64,000 bases of DNA from an uncultured Acidobacteriota bacterium. Its GTDB lineage: Bacteria; Acidobacteriota; Vicinamibacteria; Vicinamibacterales; JAKQTR01. Below are positions 28,507 through 37,872 of the stretch, piece after piece. Both the position numbers and the translations under genes were made by a program. The notes beneath the pieces are model-generated. The model was not told where the DNA came from. It saw only the letters and a list, made by a program, of their open reading frames with translations, and made no database searches. Positions within the stretch are counted from its first letter, which is position 1, and every line of letters begins with the position of its first letter. The stretch covers positions 344,116 through 408,115 of the forward strand of contig CAWEJS010000002.1 of the NCBI GenBank assembly GCA_963809475.1, in the 5' to 3' direction.

Positions 28507-31500
28507 ATGACTGGAAGCAGGCGTATACAGCTCGCTGCACGGCGCGGCGAGCCGGCCACACCGGGGTCCCGGAAGCTCCTGCACCTCGTGGCGGCTGGAG
28601 TCGTGGCCGTCTTGCTCGCCGGCGGCCCCGCGTCCGCCCAGACGTCGATGGGAACCGTCAACGGCACCGTCAGGGACTCGACGGGCGCCGTCCTCCCCGG
28701 AGCAACGGTCGTGCTCGTCAACCAGGCGACCAACGTCAAGAGCGAGCGAGCCACTAGCAGCTCCGGCTACTACGTCTTCGTCAACGTCCGGCCGGGGACC
28801 TACGTGCTGACGGTGGAGCTGGAGGGTTTCAACAAGGCCGAGGTCGCAGCCTTCACCGTGGGCATCAACGAAACCGTCACCCAACAGATCGGTCTCCAGA
28901 TCGGGAAGATGAGCGAGGCCGTGGAAGTGACGGCGTCGGGGGTGCTGCTGCAGACCTCCACGACCGAACTTGGGAACGTGATCAGCGAAAGGGTCATCCA
29001 GGACGTGCCGATGCAGGGCCGCAATTTCACGCAGCTCCTGATGCTCACGCCAGGCGTCAGCCCGGTCTCGACGGCCCAGGGTCCGGGGCAGAACGGGGGC
29101 GACTCGACCGCGATCAACAGCTTCGAAGGGAACTCCGGGATCCCCGGGGGGTTCATCGCCAATGCCTCGGTCCAGGGACAGCAGAACCGCTCCAAGATCT
29201 TCTACGTCGACGGGATCATCAACTCCAGCGTGCGCTCCGGCACCTACGTGGCGCTGCCGGACGTCGACGCCATTCAGGAGTTCAAGGTCCAGTCGCACGG
29301 CGACAAGGCGGAGTTCGGGGGTGTCACCGGCGGGGTCGTGAACATGACCTCGAAGTCGGGCAGCAACCAGTTCCACGGCTCGGCGTTCGGGTTCGCCCGC
29401 AACGACGGCATGACCGCGCGTGACCCGTACCGGGACGTGTCGGCCGGAAAGGTGACCGACCCCCCGGAGTTCAAGCAGAGCCAGTTCGGAGTGAACCTCG
29501 GCGGGCGGATCATCAAGGACAAGACGTTCTTCTTCGCCTCGTATGACGGGTGGCGCTACCGCGAATTCGCCCAGATCCGCCACATTGTGCCGGCGAACGA
29601 CAACTGGCTGAACGGCGACTTCTCGGGTTTCTCCCGCCCGATCTACGATCCGGCTTCGACGCGCATCGTGAACGGCGTAGTCACGCGTGACCGCTTCTCG
29701 GGCAACATCATCCCCGCGAACCGTATCTCGCCGACGATGCAGAAGCTTCTGCGGGCTTACATGGTGCGGCCGAACCTGACGGGTGACGCCGTCGTCAATA
29801 ACTACAACTTCGTCGATTTCCGGAAGCAGACCAACGACTCGAACTCCTTCCAGGTCAGGCTCGACCACCACTTCTCGACGAACGACAGCATCTTTTTCCG
29901 CTGGACCGAGCGTCGCATCAAGGGCCTGCTGCCGATCGGCGACGCGGGGTTCAAGACGCCTGAGGCCATCAACCGCAACTGGGGCGGCGGCTGGTTCCAC
30001 ACGTTCTCGTCGAGCGTGATCCTGGAGGCTCGTGGTGGGGTCGCCACGCAGCCGACCGAGGACGCTCCGCTGGAGCATCCGGCCGGGCTCGCACCGCAGC
30101 AGGGCACGGCGCTGCCGTCGCTCAGCGAACTGCAGGGCTACGCCATCTCCTGGTCCAGCCCGACGCCCTGGAACCTGCCGCAAATGGGCGTGCAGGGCCC
30201 GCGGCCCCGCGAAAACCCCAACTGGAACATCGCGTCCGATCTCACCTGGCTGCGCGGCAGCCACAACTTCAAGGCCGGCTTCCAGATGCTGCGGATCTCG
30301 CGCCTGCAGAAGAACCAGTTCGGTGAGCTGATCTTCACCTCGGACCCCACGCGCGACGGCGCGGGCGGCGCCAGCACGGGCGACTCGCTGGCGGCCGCCC
30401 TGTTGGGATACGCCAATCAGATCCGCGGCTACGTCCCCGACCTCGGGTTCATCGACTTCCACACCTCGACCCTGTCCGGCTACGTCCAGGACCAGTGGGC
30501 CATCAAGCCGAACCTGACGCTGACCTACGGCGTGCGCTACGACTACATCACCCGTGCCATCGGAGACAGCGGGACGATGCAGAGCGGTCCCGACTTCCGG
30601 ACCGGCCAGTGGCTGCTGGCGCTGCCGGCGATGCCGGCGGTGTGTTCCACGGTCGGCGGCAAGCCGCCCTGCCTGCCGAAGCCCCTCAGCGAGATTCCCT
30701 ACAGCCAGTTCATCGTGGCGACCGGCAAGTACAACTCCGTACTGAACCCGATCAAGGACAACATCGGGCCGAGACTGGGCCTCGCCTGGCAGATCAACCC
30801 GAAGACCGTGCTGCGCACCGGCTATTCGCTGATGTGGGACTCCATGGTCTCTCGAAGCCAGTACGGCCAGCATCAGTTCGAGACGTGGGGCTGGCCCCAG
30901 GTCTCCGGTTTCGACACGGGCACGATCAACACGATCGGAGGCGCCCTCCAGCCGCTCGAGAGCTTCTCGTCGCTGGGCATCGGCGCGCCCCGTGACCAGC
31001 CCTGGAACAGCACCGGCTACTTCAACGCGCCCGACCGCAAGAACGCCTACTCGCACCAGTGGAACCTGGAGGTGCAGCGCGAGTTGACGAAGAACATGAT
31101 GGCGGCCGTCGCCTACGTGGGCAGCTACAACGGCCGGATGGAGTACTCCGGGCGCGCGGCCGACCCGAAGGTCGCGGCGATCGACGCGGCCGGACGCCGG
31201 CTCACGCCTGCCGAGCGGGACCTACTCAGGCCGTGGCCCCACATCACCGGGAACTTCCGCTACTCGAACGACATCGGCATGTCCAAGTACAACGCCTTCC
31301 AGTTCAAGCTGCAGCAGCGCTTCGCCAAGGACCTCACCAGCATGCTGTCCTACACCTGGTCGAAAACGATCGACACGAGCAGCGGCTGGTTCGACGCCGA
31401 GAACGGGATTGGCGGGCGGCCCGTCCAGAACTACTGGAACATCAACGACGCCAAGGGCACCTCAGCGTACGACATCCCGCACATCGTGACCTGGGCGGGA

Positions 31501-32004
31501 TCCTGGGAACTGCCGGTCGGACGCGGCAAGCACTGGCTCCAGGACGGTGCCGCATCATGGCTGCTGGGCAACTGGCAGCTGAGCTGGTGGCTGATGGCCC
31601 GTTCGGGTCAGCCGATGACCGTGACGGCCGGCGGCGATCCGGCCAACATGGGGTACAGCAACTACGCGCGCGCCGACCTCGTGGGCGATGCGCACCTCGA
31701 TAATCCCACGAACGGCAAGTGGTTCAACACGGCAGCCTTCGCGGCGCCGGTCAATGCGTACGGGAATTCCCCGAAGAACAGTCTGCGGGCCCCCGGCTTC
31801 TGGAACGTGGACATGATCCTGCAGAAGAACGTCCTGGTCGGCGGGCGACGGGAGCTCCAGCTCCGTGTGGAGGCGTTCAACGTCCTCAACCATATCAACC
31901 AGGGCAATCCGAACGTTGACATCACCAACGTGAACTACGGCAAGATCACGAGCATGTCGAGCCGGCCGCGGCAGCTGCAGGTCGGATTCCGGTTCATCTA
32001 CTAA
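28507..32004 (+). CDS. TonB-dependent outer-membrane receptor with N-terminal CarboxypepD_reg domain
   Basis: GGAGGAGGG SD. N-terminal segment GTVNGTVRDSTGAVLPGATVVLVNQATNVKSERATSSSGYYVFVNVRPGTYVLTVELEGF. Plug and barrel segments follow. C-terminus ...QLQVGFRFIY ends in an aromatic residue. Confidence 0.9.
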   Translation: MTGSRRIQLAARRGEPATPGSRKLLHLVAAGVVAVLLAGGPASAQTSMGTVNGTVRDSTGAVLPGATVVLVNQATNVKSERATSSSGYYVFVNVRPGTYVLTVELEGFNKAEVAAFTVGINETVTQQIGLQIGKMSEAVEVTASGVLLQTSTTELGNVISERVIQDVPMQGRNFTQLLMLTPGVSPVSTAQGPGQNGGDSTAINSFEGNSGIPGGFIANASVQGQQNRSKIFYVDGIINSSVRSGTYVALPDVDAIQEFKVQSHGDKAEFGGVTGGVVNMTSKSGSNQFHGSAFGFARNDGMTARDPYRDVSAGKVTDPPEFKQSQFGVNLGGRIIKDKTFFFASYDGWRYREFAQIRHIVPANDNWLNGDFSGFSRPIYDPASTRIVNGVVTRDRFSGNIIPANRISPTMQKLLRAYMVRPNLTGDAVVNNYNFVDFRKQTNDSNSFQVRLDHHFSTNDSIFFRWTERRIKGLLPIGDAGFKTPEAINRNWGGGWFHTFSSSVILEARGGVATQPTEDAPLEHPAGLAPQQGTALPSLSELQGYAISWSSPTPWNLPQMGVQGPRPRENPNWNIASDLTWLRGSHNFKAGFQMLRISRLQKNQFGELIFTSDPTRDGAGGASTGDSLAAALLGYANQIRGYVPDLGFIDFHTSTLSGYVQDQWAIKPNLTLTYGVRYDYITRAIGDSGTMQSGPDFRTGQWLLALPAMPAVCSTVGGKPPCLPKPLSEIPYSQFIVATGKYNSVLNPIKDNIGPRLGLAWQINPKTVLRTGYSLMWDSMVSRSQYGQHQFETWGWPQVSGFDTGTINTIGGALQPLESFSSLGIGAPRDQPWNSTGYFNAPDRKNAYSHQWNLEVQRELTKNMMAAVAYVGSYNGRMEYSGRAADPKVAAIDAAGRRLTPAERDLLRPWPHITGNFRYSNDIGMSKYNAFQFKLQQRFAKDLTSMLSYTWSKTIDTSSGWFDAENGIGGRPVQNYWNINDAKGTSAYDIPHIVTWAGSWELPVGRGKHWLQDGAASWLLGNWQLSWWLMARSGQPMTVTAGGDPANMGYSNYARADLVGDAHLDNPTNGKWFNTAAFAAPVNAYGNSPKNSLRAPGFWNVDMILQKNVLVGGRRELQLRVEAFNVLNHINQGNPNVDITNVNYGKITSMSSRPRQLQVGFRFIY

Positions 32005-32029
32005 GGAGCACGTGCGCGATCGGACGTCA

Positions 32030-32071
32030 AAGGGCGCAGCATCCGCAGGAGACCGCAGAGGCTGCGCCCTT
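32030..32071. terminator. Bidirectional hairpin between convergent genes
   Basis: Perfect 11-bp stem AAGGGCGCAGC (32030-40) / GCTGCGCCCTT (32061-71) with a 20-nt loop. It lies between the TonB receptor stop (32004) and the oxidoreductase stop (32145). No clear U-tract. Confidence 0.55.
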
Positions 32072-32144
32072 CGTGTAACGGCCCGGCGTCGCGCCATCGG
32101 CGATGCCGGGCCGGGATCGATCACACGTCCCCGACTGCGCCTCG

Positions 32145-33395
32145 TCAGCTGTAGAGCTGCCCGGCGCCTTTCCCCTGCTGGATGAGCGGCACGTAGGTCT
32201 CAAGCTCCCGCTGGGTCGCCGGATCGGTCAGGTCGACGACCCGCTTCTTCTCGGCCGACAGGTACGCGGCCATCACGAGCCGCGTGATCTCGAGGCCGTA
32301 ACTCCATGTCAGCAGCCCGTCGCGCCCCTCCAGAAACGCGTCGCGCGCGTCGGCGTTCTCGTCCGTATACCCGTACAGATCGGGTTCGTTGTGCTGGACG
32401 GCCAGCAGGCCCCGGGACGCCGTCGCCTTCTCCAGCGCCATCTCGGCGTCCTTGATCGCTTCCGCCGCCACGTCGCCGATGAAGATGGTGAGCGGTGACA
32501 GCAGCGAGTTCACCTCGAATGCGTAGCCCGGCCCCATGCCGTCCATCAGGAGCCGGAGCCCTTGCTTCTCATACATCCACGAGTTGGTGAACTGCGCCTT
32601 CACGAGCTGCCCGGTGTCCGGGTTCCGGAACGTGATCATGCCGGTCGCGAAGTCCTCGGCCGGGGTCTTCGCGTAGTCGACGCCGCGGTCCTTCAGGAGC
32701 TTCTCGCGCCAGGCCGGCTGGCCCCACTTGAGCAGCCCGAGATCCGCGGTGATCTCCTGCGGTTCGAGGAACGTCAGTGGCTTCGCGGTCGGCGTGAGCA
32801 CGTACCACCCGACCGCGATGCTGTGGCACCCCATGTCGCACAGCACGCCCCCGCCCTGCCGCATCGGATCCCAGAACCACGCCTCGTGCGGCCCGCCGTG
32901 TTCCTCGGCGGACCGCGCCAGCGTCAGGGGCCCCATCTGCCGCCGCACCGGCTCCAGTTGCGCCAGCTGGGTGCGGATTGGCTTCATGAAGATCTGGTTC
33001 TCGAAGTACGCCGTGCGGAGGCCGGCCGACCGGGCCAGTTCGACCAGGCGCCGCGCCTCGGCGACGTTCCGGCCCAGCGGCTTCTCGCAGATCACGCCTT
33101 TCAGCGCAGCCCCCGCCTTCACGGCGTCGGCGATCGCCTCGGCGATCTCGAGGCGCGCGTAGTTCGGGGCGCACACGGCGACGCAGTCGACGTGCTTCGC
33201 CATCTCGCCCACGCTGTCGAAGACGGCCGTCTCGCCGAGGCCCCAGTCGGCGGCCAGCTTCGCGAACTCCGGCGCGCCGGCGACCGACATGACGCCGGCC
33301 ACCTTGATCCCGCGGATTTGCCTGAGGGCCGCGAGGTGGAACTTCGCGTTGAAGCCGGCGCCGACAAATCCGTATCTCAAAGCTCGGCTGTCCAT
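32145..33395 (-). CDS. Gfo/Idh/MocA-family oxidoreductase
   Basis: N-terminus MDSRALRYGFVGAGFNAKFHLAAL (GxGxxA Rossmann), plus EKPL and GGGVLCDMGCHSIAV. GGGAGAG SD sits in the 22-nt gap after the upstream MFS gene. Confidence 0.85.
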   Translation of the reverse strand: MDSRALRYGFVGAGFNAKFHLAALRQIRGIKVAGVMSVAGAPEFAKLAADWGLGETAVFDSVGEMAKHVDCVAVCAPNYARLEIAEAIADAVKAGAALKGVICEKPLGRNVAEARRLVELARSAGLRTAYFENQIFMKPIRTQLAQLEPVRRQMGPLTLARSAEEHGGPHEAWFWDPMRQGGGVLCDMGCHSIAVGWYVLTPTAKPLTFLEPQEITADLGLLKWGQPAWREKLLKDRGVDYAKTPAEDFATGMITFRNPDTGQLVKAQFTNSWMYEKQGLRLLMDGMGPGYAFEVNSLLSPLTIFIGDVAAEAIKDAEMALEKATASRGLLAVQHNEPDLYGYTDENADARDAFLEGRDGLLTWSYGLEITRLVMAAYLSAEKKRVVDLTDPATQRELETYVPLIQQGKGAGQLYS

Positions 33396-33417
33396 GAGCG
33401 CTCTCCCGTGAGGTGAC

Positions 33418-34587
33418 TTACTTGGCGGCCCCGGACTTCGGCTTCAACGCCAGGAGCCACGACACCACGAACAGCGCGACGGCCATGGCCAGCACGATCC
33501 CCAGGCTCTGCTGGATGGTGGCGCCCCTGCTGAGGTTGCCGATGATCTTCGGCACGAAGGTCGCGCCAAGCAGCCCGATGGCGAAGATGATGCCGAAGAT
33601 GCTCCCGTAGAGGCTCGAATCGAACTTGGCGAAGGTCACGCCCACGATCGTCGGGAAGATGGGCGCGAACGCCAGCCCGGTCAGCACCACGGCGGCCGTC
33701 GCCAGCCCGGCGCTGTGGGTCATGATCATCGTCAGGATGGCCACGGAGGCGACCGCCGCCATCGCGGCGATGAGCTTCACGCCCATGTTTGTGAGGTTCT
33801 TCACCGTCGAGGTGAGAAACCGGCCGACCATCATCGCCACGCCGAACAGGCTCAGCACGAGGCCCGCGTTCGCCACGGCGTTCGGGTTCCGGTCGCCGCC
33901 GAGCATCTCGGTCATGTAGGGCTTGCTCCACGTGTTCATGCTCGACTCGAGCGAGATGTAGCAGAAGAGCGCGAGCGCGGCGGCGAGCACCGCGGGGTTC
34001 TTGATCAGCTTGACCGCCATCGAGAACTGATACCCGCTGGCCGCACGCGGGAACGGCGTCCCCAGCGTCATGACCAGGAACGCGAGGAACACGGCCGCCA
34101 GCACGAAGAGGCCCGGCTTGTACGTCGTCACGGTGAAGAGCAGAGGGGTGACGACGAGCCCCAGGCCGAAGAATGCGTTGCCGAAGTTGCTCGCGCGCGC
34201 CGGGTCCTTGCCCTCGAAGAGGACGACCGGGATGAGCGTGTTGCCCACCGTGTTCATGCACATCGCGCCCACGCCAAGGAGGATGCAGGCGAGGAGCGCC
34301 ACCCCGAAGCTCGACGCGACGGCCAGCAGGACCATGCTGAGGGCCGAGACCACGAACCCGGCGATGCCCACGGGCTTGTAGCCGAACCGATCGACGAGCG
34401 GCCCGATGACGAGCTGCACGATCGCGCTGGTCAGGAACAGCGCCAGGGTCAGGTCGCCGATGTTGGCGATCTGGAGGGCCTTCGCGTACTCCACCGAGAT
34501 GGCCCCGACGATGACGAATGCGATGCCGAGCCCGAAGACGGCCATCAGCGCGACGAGCGACGTCTGCCTGTGTCCTGTGCCTGCCAT
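33418..34587 (-). CDS. MFS transporter (sugar-type, about 12 TM)
   Basis: Start trimmed to ATG 34587 with GGAGGG SD. Hydrophobic helices throughout, plus the GPLVDRFGYKP MFS loop motif. Confidence 0.85.
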   Translation of the reverse strand: MAGTGHRQTSLVALMAVFGLGIAFVIVGAISVEYAKALQIANIGDLTLALFLTSAIVQLVIGPLVDRFGYKPVGIAGFVVSALSMVLLAVASSFGVALLACILLGVGAMCMNTVGNTLIPVVLFEGKDPARASNFGNAFFGLGLVVTPLLFTVTTYKPGLFVLAAVFLAFLVMTLGTPFPRAASGYQFSMAVKLIKNPAVLAAALALFCYISLESSMNTWSKPYMTEMLGGDRNPNAVANAGLVLSLFGVAMMVGRFLTSTVKNLTNMGVKLIAAMAAVASVAILTMIMTHSAGLATAAVVLTGLAFAPIFPTIVGVTFAKFDSSLYGSIFGIIFAIGLLGATFVPKIIGNLSRGATIQQSLGIVLAMAVALFVVSWLLALKPKSGAAK

Positions 34588-34646
34588 GTCGTCACCCTCC
34601 TGCTCAAGGGGCTGCCCTGGTCCTGCGAGGAACTCCCGCAGCCGGG

Positions 34647-34652
34647 TATGAT
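34647..34652 (+). promoter_or_regulatory. Candidate -10 box for the kinase-HAD/AGE operon
   Basis: TATGAT at 34647-34652 in the divergent 112-bp region. It lies about 48 nt upstream of the SD-preceded ATG at 34700. Confidence 0.3.
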
Positions 34653-34699
34653 ACTCGCAACCTATGACGGACCGTACGCCGCCGACCCAGGAAAGTCCG

Positions 34700-36601
34700 A
34701 TGCCCGCCGGGCGCGTGCGGGAGATCCTGGCCGGCATCGCCGGGGTCAGCGTGGCCGTCTGCGGGGACTTCTGTCTCGACGCCTACTGGATGCTGAATCC
34801 TCGCGGCGGCGAGATCTCGGCCGAGACGGGCCTCCGGGCCCAGGCCGTCGGCAGGCACTACTACTCGCTCGGCGGCGCCGCGAACGTCGTGGCCAACCTG
34901 GCGGCGCTGAAACCCGCGACCATCCGGGCCATCGGCGTCGTCGGCGACGACATTTTCGGCCGGGAACTGCTGGCGCAACTCCACGCCCTCGGCGTGGACA
35001 CGGCGGCCATGGTCGTGCAGGACCGCCGCTTCGACACGGTGACGTTCGGCAAGCGCTACGCCGGGGACACAGAGGAGCCGCGCATCGACTTCGGCTTCTT
35101 CAACGAGCGCAGCCGGGCGACCGACGCGGCCGTTCTCTCGCACCTGCGAACGGCCATCGAGCAGTGCGACGCCGTCATCGTCAACCAGCAGGTACCAGGC
35201 GGTCTCAGCGAAACGTTCATCGGCGGCCTCAATGCGCTGTTCGACGAGTACCCGCGCAGGATCGTGGTGCTCGATTCCCGGCACTGCGGCGATCGGTTCA
35301 CGAACATCTATCGCAAGACGAACGACGTCGAGGCCGCACGACTCAACGGGATCACCCTCGAGCCGGGCATTCACCCGGCCCTGTCCGATCTCGAGACGTT
35401 CGCCGTTCACCTGCATGCCGGGTCGGGCAAGCCGGTGTTCATCACGCTCGGCGCGCGCGGCATCCTGACGATCGCCGCGAGCGGCATCCACATCTCGCCG
35501 GGCATCCAGCTGCTCGGGAAGACCGATACCGTCGGCGCGGGCGACACGGTCACCAGCGCGCTCGCCCTGTGCCTGGGCGCCGGCGTGGCGCCGGCGGAGG
35601 CGGCGAGCTTCGCGAACCTCGCCGCGGCGGTCACGGTGCAGAAGCTCTTCCAGACGGGGACGGCCTCGCCGGAGGAGGTGCGAGCCGTCAGCGAGGACGC
35701 CGACTACATCTACCAGCCGGAACTCGCCCACGACATCAGGCAGGCGGTCTACCTCGAGGGCACCGAGATTGAAGCCTGCTGCCATCCCCTGCCGCGGCTC
35801 TCCGCGGTCCGCCACGCCGTCTTCGATCATGACGGCACCATCAGCACACTGAGGCAGGGATGGGAGCGGATCATGGAGCCGATGATGATCCGCGCGATTC
35901 TCGGCGACCGCTATCAGTCGGCCGACGACGTGCTCTACCAGCGGGTCGCGCACCGCGTGCGCGAGTACATCGACAAGTCCACCGGCATCGAGACGCTCGT
36001 GCAGATGAAGGCCCTCGTCGGCATGGTCGCGGAGTTCGGCGTGGTGCCGGCAGGAGACATCCTCGACGAGTCCGGCTACAAGGCGATCTACAACGGCGCC
36101 CTCACGGAGGTCGTCGACGGCCGTCTCGCGAAGTACCGGCGTGGCGAGCTGAACATCGACGACCTGACCGTCAAAGGCGCCGTGGCGTTTCTGCAGTCGC
36201 TGCGGGCCCTGGGCGTCACGCTCTATCTCGCCAGCGGCACGGACGATGACGACGTCCACAACGAGGCTCGGGCCCTCGGCTACGCGGACCTGTTCAACGG
36301 GGGCATCTACGGGGCGCTGGGCGAGCGGCACGTGCATGCGAAACGCCGCGTCATCCAGCGCATCCTGACCGAGAACGGCCTCGACGGTTCGCAGCTCGCC
36401 GTCTTTGGCGACGGGCCGGTTGAACTGCGCGAGTCACGCAGGCGCCAGGGCGCGGCCATCGGGATCGCCAGCGACGAGGTCCGCCGCTACGGCCTCAATT
36501 CCGCGAAGCGGACGCGGCTCGTCGAGGCTGGCGCACATCTGCTCGTGCCCGATTTCTCGCAGCCGGCGCGCCTGCTGGCACTGTTGGGAGCACCACGATG
36601 A
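34700..36601 (+). CDS. Fusion protein: PfkB/ribokinase-fold sugar kinase (HldA/RfaE-domain-I-like) + C-terminal HAD-superfamily phosphatase/mutase domain
   Basis: ATG 34700 is preceded by AGGAAAG (alternative ATG at 34664). Kinase motifs VAVCGDFCLDAYW, GGAANVVANL and TDTVGAGDTVTSAL. HAD motifs AVFDHDGT (DxDGT, about 35824), LASGT, a conserved Lys and FGDGPVE, with a large cap insert. Confidence 0.8.
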   Translation: MPAGRVREILAGIAGVSVAVCGDFCLDAYWMLNPRGGEISAETGLRAQAVGRHYYSLGGAANVVANLAALKPATIRAIGVVGDDIFGRELLAQLHALGVDTAAMVVQDRRFDTVTFGKRYAGDTEEPRIDFGFFNERSRATDAAVLSHLRTAIEQCDAVIVNQQVPGGLSETFIGGLNALFDEYPRRIVVLDSRHCGDRFTNIYRKTNDVEAARLNGITLEPGIHPALSDLETFAVHLHAGSGKPVFITLGARGILTIAASGIHISPGIQLLGKTDTVGAGDTVTSALALCLGAGVAPAEAASFANLAAAVTVQKLFQTGTASPEEVRAVSEDADYIYQPELAHDIRQAVYLEGTEIEACCHPLPRLSAVRHAVFDHDGTISTLRQGWERIMEPMMIRAILGDRYQSADDVLYQRVAHRVREYIDKSTGIETLVQMKALVGMVAEFGVVPAGDILDESGYKAIYNGALTEVVDGRLAKYRRGELNIDDLTVKGAVAFLQSLRALGVTLYLASGTDDDDVHNEARALGYADLFNGGIYGALGERHVHAKRRVIQRILTENGLDGSQLAVFGDGPVELRESRRRQGAAIGIASDEVRRYGLNSAKRTRLVEAGAHLLVPDFSQPARLLALLGAPR

Positions 36602-37872
36602 CGAGGGACACGATTCTGGCGGCGAAGGACGAGGCGCATCGCCATCTCACGCACGACCTGCTGCCCTTCTGGCTCACGCGCGGCAAGGACGACGTGAACG
36701 GCGGCTTCATCACGCACTTCGACCGGCACGGCCGCGACACCGGGGAGGACCAGAAGTCGCTCATCGCCCAGACCCGGAGCGTCTACACCATGGCGTCGGC
36801 GCACCGGGCGGGCTATGGCGGCGGCCTGTGTGCCGACTTCGCGCGGCACGGCGTCGACTTCCTCCTGGACAGGATGTGGGACCGGGAGCACAGCGGTTTC
36901 TATTGGACCGTCGATCGGAAAGGCGACGTCCAGATCGACAAGAAGATCGTGTACGGCCTCAGCTTCGCGATCTACGCGCTGAGCGAATATACGCTCGCGA
37001 CCGGCGACACACGCGGCATCGAATACGCGCAGGCCACCTTCGACCTGTTGCAGCAGCACTGCGCCGACCCGGAGCACGGCGGCTACTTCGAGATGTTCGA
37101 GCGGGACTGGACGCGGTGCAGCCCCGGCAGCGGCGGCGGCGACCGGAAGACGCTCGACGTGCACATGCACCTGATGGAGGCGTTCACGACCCTCTACGAG
37201 TGCAGCCAGCACGTCGCGCACAAGCGGGCGCTCGTCGACGACATCGAGATCCTGACGCGGCGCATGCTGCACCCGCAGTACGCGACGGGCATCCCGCAGT
37301 TCTGGGCGGACTGGCGCGTCGCCCCCCAGATCAAGTTCGACATCGTCTGGGGGTGGGACCGATTCGCCGACGGCGGCAAGAAGGCGCACGCGGACGACAA
37401 CACGTCGTATGGCCATAACGTCGAGTGCACGTGGTTGCTGCTGCACGCGCTCGACGTGCTCGGCGAAGACTGGCACTCCTGCGAGGGGATCATCCGGAAG
37501 CAGCTCGGTCACGCGGTCGCGGCGGGCATCGACTGGGAGTATGGCGGCGTCTACGTGGAGGGCCCGCACGACGGCGGGCCGGCGTATGACACGGAGAAGG
37601 AGTTCTGGCAGCAGGCCGAGACCCTGATCGGCATGCTCGACGGGTGCCTGCTATTCGGCATGGAGCGCTACTGGAAGGCGTACGAGGCGGTGCACCGCTT
37701 CCTCTTCGACAAGATGGTCAACCGCGAGGTTGGCGAGTGGTGGCCCCTCCTGACGCGCGACGGCAGCACGCCAATCTGGACGCACATGGGGCACTCCTGG
37801 AAGATCAACTACCACTCGGTGCGCGCGATGATCCAGTCGATCCACCGCCTGGAGAAGCTGGCCTACCGGTAG
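36598..37872 (+). CDS. AGE-superfamily (N-acylglucosamine 2-epimerase / cellobiose 2-epimerase / aldose-ketose isomerase) protein
   Basis: ATGA overlap with the upstream gene. (alpha/alpha)6-barrel type sequence with LLPFWL, GGF..HFDR, KSLIAQTRSVYTMA, YGLSFAIYALSEY, LDVHMHLMEAFT, SYGHNVECTWLL, FWQQAE and SWKINYHSVRA. Confidence 0.85.
   Translation: MTRDTILAAKDEAHRHLTHDLLPFWLTRGKDDVNGGFITHFDRHGRDTGEDQKSLIAQTRSVYTMASAHRAGYGGGLCADFARHGVDFLLDRMWDREHSGFYWTVDRKGDVQIDKKIVYGLSFAIYALSEYTLATGDTRGIEYAQATFDLLQQHCADPEHGGYFEMFERDWTRCSPGSGGGDRKTLDVHMHLMEAFTTLYECSQHVAHKRALVDDIEILTRRMLHPQYATGIPQFWADWRVAPQIKFDIVWGWDRFADGGKKAHADDNTSYGHNVECTWLLLHALDVLGEDWHSCEGIIRKQLGHAVAAGIDWEYGGVYVEGPHDGGPAYDTEKEFWQQAETLIGMLDGCLLFGMERYWKAYEAVHRFLFDKMVNREVGEWWPLLTRDGSTPIWTHMGHSWKINYHSVRAMIQSIHRLEKLAYR

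Noticed and set aside
34664-34699. Leaderless start of the kinase-HAD gene at ATG 34664 (TATGAT 11 nt upstream)
   Set aside because: The in-frame ATG at 34700 has a good AGGAAAG SD and gives an N-terminus matching the usual start of PfkB/HldA-like kinases. 34664 is kept only as an alternative.
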